In this document: positions 59,408 through 64,000 of the stretch, in pieces
Layout: each line of letters opens with the position of its first letter
How positions within the stretch are numbered: position 1 is the first letter of the stretch
NCBI GenBank assembly: GCA_025998875.1
Contig: AP024675.1
Coordinates: 1,273,549-1,337,548 of the forward strand
Length of the DNA: 64,000 nt
Direction of reading: 5' to 3'
Source: Bacteroidota bacterium
GTDB taxonomy: Bacteria > Bacteroidota > Rhodothermia > JANXDC01
The notes under the pieces: model-generated
Told to the model about the DNA's origin: nothing
What the model saw: the letters and a program-made list of their open reading frames with translations, nothing else
Database searches by the model: none
Position numbers and translations under genes: made by a program

Positions 59408-59575
59408 ATTGTCCCTGGGGGGGTATGTCTGTACCGAACCAGATGGCGGGCCTGCAGGGCCGATATTCTGATCAGTCCAATGGGGAGCGGGAAGACGGCC
59501 AGGCAGGACAGGGGATGGGATTGACGACCGCCGTTCTGGTCCCGACAGAGCCGGGGTAATTTTTTCCGCATCTCG

Positions 59576-62362
59576 ATGGGGAATGAATTTGGCCTGCTCG
59601 GCTGTGTATGTCGAGGAAAGGAAGGCGTTATGTCGGCTGATCGGCGGCTGTACCGGCGTTATCCTGCCCGGGGACCCTGGCCAGAGGTGAACGTGTCCGT
59701 GATCGTAGTGAACTACAACCGAGCCTCTTGCCTGCAGGATTGCTTCGATAGCCTGTTTCATCAAACATATCGAAATTTTGAAATCATTCTTGTAGATGAC
59801 GGAAGTTCGGATAATTCCAGAGATATTTTATTGAATATTTTTGAAAAAAATAGGAAAGACAAAAAAATTCCTTTTAGAATGATAATTCAACAAAATAGTG
59901 GACATCCTTCTTATCCCATAAATAGAGCTATGAGGCTTGCGAGAGGAAAGTATATACTTTTTCTTTCGTCAGACGACATGATACATCATAAGTGTATAGA
60001 AATATTTGTAAAAATTTTAGATGAAATGCAAGAATATGGATATGTTTATTGTGATAGAGTGGATTTCAAAGATAAAAACATTTTAAAAATAGTAAAATCA
60101 AATTATTTTGATGCTGATAAGTTAATTTTTGAAAATTTTGTTTCTTATTGTTCTATGTTTAGAAAAGAAATATTTAAAAAAGTTAAAAAAATTAAAAAAG
60201 TTGGCTTTGAAGATTGGAATTTATGGATTGAATTTCTAAAGTTTGGTTATCATGGATTTTATGTTCCTGAGCCTCTGTTTCTGTATCGAATAAACGAAGA
60301 TGGATTGTTTTCGAAAAATATAGAAGAAAAAGAAAAGAATATTGCCCAGCTGATCCGGGAAAATACAGTGTTATACCACCCGGAGGTGCTCAACTGGGCG
60401 TTCAAGGTGCTGGGCGAAAGGCAGGAACCTCCGCTCTTCAGCATTATCGTGCCTACCCGCAACAGGCCGGAGTGGCTTCGGGAGGCCCTTCGGAGCATTC
60501 AGCAGCAGACCGTGGCCAATTTTGAGGTGCTCGTCGTCAACGATGGGGGGCAGGATGTCTCCCACGTGGTCGCATCCCTCCAGGACAGTCGATTTCGATA
60601 CATCGCGCTTCCGGAGCGGCGGGGACTGGCTGCCGCCCGCAACCGGGGCCTTGAGGAGGCGCGCGGCCGGTATGTGGCTTTCCTGGATGATGATGATCGC
60701 TTCCTGCCCCATCATCTGCAAACGGCCTGGATCGCCCTCTCCGAGGGGGCGCGCGTGGTCTACACGGACGCGCTGCGCGCCGTCTGGGCACCCCTGCCCC
60801 GGGGAGGGGAAGCGATTGTCGATCTCTGTCTGCCGTATCGGCTTGACTTCCATCCCGATCGGCTTCTACTGGGCAACATCGCGCCCGTAAACTGCTTCGT
60901 GCTGGAGCGCGAACTCATTGAGCGATACGGCCCCTTTGATGAGTCCTTGCCCGTGCTGGAGGACTGGGAGTTCTGGTTGCGCCTGTCGCGGCGGGTGCGC
61001 TTTCGGCGCATCCCTGAGCCCACGGTGTGGGTCAACTGGCGGCCCCACGGCCAGAACCTGACCCACAGCCGGGAGCAGGATTTCGCCCGGGCCCGTGCCC
61101 GCATTCAGGCCCGATACCGTCGGGCCCTTGTCCGGCTTGCGCCCGAGAGACGGCAGGAGATCCTCCACGAGTTCCTTCGCATCTGGTCTCGGGATGGTGT
61201 GCTTCCTGAACCGCCCCTGCTCTCCATTGTGATCCTGGCACACAACCAATTTCCTCATACCCGAGCCTGTCTGCAGTCCGTGCTCACCCATACTCCGCCC
61301 TGGTCGTTCGAATGCATCGTCGTCGACAACGGCTCCACGGACGAAACGCCCCGCCTGCTTCCCCGGTGGGCAGAGGAGCATCCACAGATTCGATACATCC
61401 GCCTGGAGGAGAACCGGGGGTTTCCGGCCGGCAATAACGTGGGGCTGGCCGCCGCCCAGGGACGCTATGTGATCCTGCTCAACAACGATACCGTCGTTAC
61501 CCCCGGATGGATCGAGCGCCTGCTGCTGCCCGCCGTAACCGATCCCTCTGTGGGGCTCGTGGGGCCCGTTTCCAATCGCGTCTCCGGCAGGCAACAGCTC
61601 CCGGCCGTCGCCTACGACACCGAGACCCTCAAGGGGTTGGAGGCTTTCGCCTTGAAACGGGCGCGCTGGTATGCGGGCCGAAAGCTTGAAGTCCGACGTC
61701 TGGTGGGCTTTTGTCTGCTCATCCGACGCGAGTTGCTCGAGCGCATCGGTGGGCTGGATGAGCGCTTCGGTATGGGCAACTTCGAGGACGACGATTACTG
61801 CCTGCGCGCCGCTCTGGCCGGTTTCCGGGCCGTCGTGGCGCTGGATTGTTTCGTGCATCATACCGGAAGCCAGACTTTCCGCGCCCTATCCATAGATTAC
61901 GGCCGATTGCTGCTGGAGAACTGGGAGAAGTTCAAACATAAATGGCATCTGCCCGCCGATCTTCCCTATGGGCATCCGTATCCGTTTCCCGAGCGGCCCT
62001 TCGATCCGTCCCGGGATTACATCCCGCTACCCCGATGGGAGCGGCCGCTGGAGGACTTCGTGGCCGGTGTGCAACAAGCCCTTCTGCAGGGCGACGCGCT
62101 CCGAGCCGAGCATCTGGCCTACGAGGTCACTCGAGTCCATCCCCGAAACCCCTACGCCTGGTTGTTGCGCGCCTTGGTGGCCCGGCTGGACCGTAGATGG
62201 GATGAGGCTCTTGAGGCCGTGCGATATTCCCTTCGGCTCCAGGAGACCCCGGAAGCGCTCCAGGAACTGCGCCGTCTGCTCGAGGGCACTGGCGTGGGCA
62301 AGCAAGTGCCGCCGTATAGGGAAGAGCCCTGCCCTGAGCAGGCGGCCCTCAAGCACCTCTGA
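59576..62362 (+). CDS. Multidomain glycosyltransferase: three tandem GT2 domains plus C-terminal TPR-like region (928 aa)
   Basis: Three GT2 cores: (1) VSVIVVNYNR...ILVDDGSSDNS...SSDD; (2) FSIIVPTRNR...VVNDGGQD...DDDD; (3) LSIVILAHNQ...VVDNGSTDET...NND; start may be ATG 59630. Confidence 0.8.
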   Translation: MGNEFGLLGCVCRGKEGVMSADRRLYRRYPARGPWPEVNVSVIVVNYNRASCLQDCFDSLFHQTYRNFEIILVDDGSSDNSRDILLNIFEKNRKDKKIPFRMIIQQNSGHPSYPINRAMRLARGKYILFLSSDDMIHHKCIEIFVKILDEMQEYGYVYCDRVDFKDKNILKIVKSNYFDADKLIFENFVSYCSMFRKEIFKKVKKIKKVGFEDWNLWIEFLKFGYHGFYVPEPLFLYRINEDGLFSKNIEEKEKNIAQLIRENTVLYHPEVLNWAFKVLGERQEPPLFSIIVPTRNRPEWLREALRSIQQQTVANFEVLVVNDGGQDVSHVVASLQDSRFRYIALPERRGLAAARNRGLEEARGRYVAFLDDDDRFLPHHLQTAWIALSEGARVVYTDALRAVWAPLPRGGEAIVDLCLPYRLDFHPDRLLLGNIAPVNCFVLERELIERYGPFDESLPVLEDWEFWLRLSRRVRFRRIPEPTVWVNWRPHGQNLTHSREQDFARARARIQARYRRALVRLAPERRQEILHEFLRIWSRDGVLPEPPLLSIVILAHNQFPHTRACLQSVLTHTPPWSFECIVVDNGSTDETPRLLPRWAEEHPQIRYIRLEENRGFPAGNNVGLAAAQGRYVILLNNDTVVTPGWIERLLLPAVTDPSVGLVGPVSNRVSGRQQLPAVAYDTETLKGLEAFALKRARWYAGRKLEVRRLVGFCLLIRRELLERIGGLDERFGMGNFEDDDYCLRAALAGFRAVVALDCFVHHTGSQTFRALSIDYGRLLLENWEKFKHKWHLPADLPYGHPYPFPERPFDPSRDYIPLPRWERPLEDFVAGVQQALLQGDALRAEHLAYEVTRVHPRNPYAWLLRALVARLDRRWDEALEAVRYSLRLQETPEALQELRRLLEGTGVGKQVPPYREEPCPEQAALKHL
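59760..60350. other. AT-rich compositional island (roughly 30% GC by eye) inside the glycosyltransferase ORF, in frame
   Basis: Visibly Lys/Asn/Ile/Phe-rich AT-rich codons across ~590 bp flanked on both sides by high-GC coding sequence of the same reading frame. Confidence 0.85.
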
Positions 62363-63263
62363 GGGCGTGCGTATCGGGCATCCCCACCAGGCGGATGCCC
62401 GGCTCCCGGGCGAGCCGATCCAGCAGCTGGCGATGGATTTCGTCGGCCGTCTGCCTTCGGCCCCGTACCGGGCTTAGGTAGCGAAGCGTGAGCTTTACCC
62501 CCTGCGGGGTGATCTCGGTGTAGACATAGGGATCGAGTTTGTGTAACTGGATGGGATAGCGCTCATTGAGCCGCTGCAGGTCCTCTCGGGCCTTGCGTAC
62601 AGCCGATGCACTCACCTGGCGACCCAGCTCCTCGAGCAGGGTCCGGGCGGCCCGCCAGTCGCTCTCAAAATGGCAGGTGATCGTCAGCTCGTTCCACAGG
62701 TACTCCAGTCCCTCGGTGGCGTTGTGTAGCGGATGAGTGAAGAGCTGACCGTTGGGAATGTGCACCAGCCGTCCTGTGCTCTGCTCGCCCTCCACCCAGG
62801 CCCCCACCTCGAAGACGGTAAAACGGGTGGGCCGGATGTCGACCACATCACCCCGAATGCCGGCGATCTCCACCCGATCTCCGAGCCGAAACGGCTTGCT
62901 TACGGCGATGTATATACCCCCCGCGAAGTTCAGGATCACCTCTTTGAGCACGATCGTCAGCGCGGCGGCGACGATCGTCAGCAGCGTGAACAGCCAGCCG
63001 CTGAAGGGCGCCCAGATGGGCAGGGCCAGCAGGAGCCCCGTCGTGCCCAGCGCGATGCGCAGCCGCTTGCGGATCCGGTGTCGAATGGTCACGTCCTCGA
63101 TGCGCTGTAGCCAGCTGAGCCGCAGTACCTGATAGAGGACGCCGAGCAGAAGGAAGATGATCAGCGTCCAGAACAGGTTCTCCAGGATAGAAAGGCCGAC
63201 CCCATTTAGAAAGGTCTCTCTCAGGGCGGAGGCCAGATGTTCGATGAGTTCTACAGGGACCAT
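62349..63263 (-). CDS. MscS-family mechanosensitive ion channel
   Basis: N-terminal TM helices followed by beta-domain typical of MscS-like channels. Confidence 0.65.
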   Translation of the reverse strand: MVPVELIEHLASALRETFLNGVGLSILENLFWTLIIFLLLGVLYQVLRLSWLQRIEDVTIRHRIRKRLRIALGTTGLLLALPIWAPFSGWLFTLLTIVAAALTIVLKEVILNFAGGIYIAVSKPFRLGDRVEIAGIRGDVVDIRPTRFTVFEVGAWVEGEQSTGRLVHIPNGQLFTHPLHNATEGLEYLWNELTITCHFESDWRAARTLLEELGRQVSASAVRKAREDLQRLNERYPIQLHKLDPYVYTEITPQGVKLTLRYLSPVRGRRQTADEIHRQLLDRLAREPGIRLVGMPDTHALRGA

Positions 63264-64000
63264 TTACGTGGTGGCCGCTTCCTCGTCGTTGAAGATGTCC
63301 CCTTCGGCCGCCTCGTTGCGCAGGCGGGGTTGTTCAAGCAACTCGATACGATGCCATGCCGACAGATACCAGGTGCGCGTGGGTCGGAGCTGAACGGGTA
63401 ACCAGGACCAGGAGCGCATCTGTTCAATATAGTTCCAGTTCGCATAGGCGCTGAATTCGTCCCGCAGCTCGGTCAGCACCGCCCCGTGTTCGAGCAGAAA
63501 GCGCTGGACCTGAGCCCACTTGGGCAGGCTCGATTCCGCATGCGTCAGGCCGAAGTATCCCGCACCCCCGGGCCCATGGAGGGCCAGCAGACCCCGGCTG
63601 AGCGTCAGGGTCAGGCCGCGAAAGCTTTCCGTTGGATCCGTGAAGAAGGTGTCGAATTTCCCGATCCAGGCCTCCGGAAGGGGGGTGCGCAGATCGTAGC
63701 GTACCGCTTCCAGGTTATCAAGCCCCTCGGCGCGGGCGGCCTCCTGGAGAAAGCGCACCAGGCGCTCGTCGACGTCCACAACCAGTACGTATCGGGGGGC
63801 CCCGCTCAGAGCGGCAGCCAGGCTCATGAGATCGTCATCGCCCAGGACAAAAATCCGCCGGCCCTGCAAATCGCCCCGGGACCAGGCCAGGGCAATGCGC
63901 GCCCAGGTGGTTTCTTCTGTGACAAATCCCTGATCGAAAGCCTGTATGGCTTCCGGGCGCCGGCGGGCCAGACGGCTGAAGCGTTCCCGAATATCCTCCG
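63264..64000 (-). CDS. BpsA-like branched-chain polyamine synthase (DUF43 family), C-terminal part; gene start lies beyond window end
   Basis: RIFVLGDDDLMSLAAA motif; reading frame stays open upstream of track start (TTG 63869) to window edge with protein-like sequence. Confidence 0.55.
   Translation of the reverse strand, partial: EDIRERFSRLARRRPEAIQAFDQGFVTEETTWARIALAWSRGDLQGRRIFVLGDDDLMSLAAALSGAPRYVLVVDVDERLVRFLQEAARAEGLDNLEAVRYDLRTPLPEAWIGKFDTFFTDPTESFRGLTLTLSRGLLALHGPGGAGYFGLTHAESSLPKWAQVQRFLLEHGAVLTELRDEFSAYANWNYIEQMRSWSWLPVQLRPTRTWYLSAWHRIELLEQPRLRNEAAEGDIFNDEEAATT

Noticed and set aside
59440-59465. GCCGATAT sequence on plus strand upstream of the glycosyltransferase gene as a second sigma-28 promoter
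   Set aside because: No TAAA-like -35 element at the required ~15-nt spacing; likely chance similarity
58308-59471. 387-aa plus-strand ORF
   Set aside because: Antisense to fliC and spans its promoter and terminator; fliC identity is unambiguous
59760-60350. AT-rich island as an insertion sequence or prophage remnant
   Set aside because: No inverted repeats, transposase or integrase ORF, and the segment is in frame and encodes a coherent GT2 catalytic core
60866-61861. 331-aa minus-strand ORF
   Set aside because: Antisense to the second and third GT2 domains of the glycosyltransferase
1-64000. CRISPR arrays, tRNA or rRNA genes
   Set aside because: No regularly spaced direct repeats seen; intergenic regions are short (mostly under 200 bp) and none shows tRNA-like features

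Overview
High-GC (~65-68%) bacterial chromosomal segment. Gene content (a giant SprA-like type IX secretion protein, a full flagellar/chemotaxis locus, a BpsA-like branched-polyamine synthase, TusA) fits a thermophilic Rhodothermus-like member of Bacteroidota/Rhodothermota; this is an inference from content, not a database match. All calls come from reading the supplied ORF translations and the raw sequence; no searches were run. Layout: 1-20.7 kb housekeeping and accessory genes (TPP enzyme fragment, class A beta-lactamase, zinc metalloprotease lipoprotein, amino-acid ABC transporter, S41 peptidase, RluA, DnaG, CinA, PyrE, TusA plus SQR-like oxidoreductase, IspG, LptF/G), including a minus-strand trio of a double zinc-finger protein, a sigma-70-family gene and a 324-aa unknown. 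21-28 kb is one 2387-aa SprA-like outer-membrane protein. 28-38 kb holds PduO-type adenosyltransferase, POT transporter, Ald, Dut, outer-membrane proteins and hydrolases. 38.5-55.3 kb is a single-strand, tightly coupled run of 19 genes: flgF-flgG-flgA-flgH-flgI-flgJ(N-domain)-flgN-like-flgK-flgL-TPR-GT2/TPR-cheW-HDOD-cheR-cheA-cheB-cheY-CheZ-like-sigma54 activator. 55.3-59.3 kb is a minus-strand filament locus (fliC with its own sigma-28-like promoter and terminator; fliS-fliD-flaG plus two small unknowns). 59.6-62.4 kb is a 928-aa triple-GT2 glycosyltransferase whose first catalytic domain is encoded by a ~600-bp AT-rich island kept in frame, followed by MscS and a BpsA-like gene running off the window. 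Most notable: (1) the mosaic glycosyltransferase next to a Ser/Thr-rich flagellin, suggesting a horizontally remodelled flagellin-glycosylation system; (2) the sigma gene, whose conserved region 2 lies upstream of any usable start codon in a frame that runs open into the 3' end of the zinc-finger gene. No rRNA, tRNA or CRISPR was seen. Many long antisense ORFs in the track are GC artefacts and were rejected.
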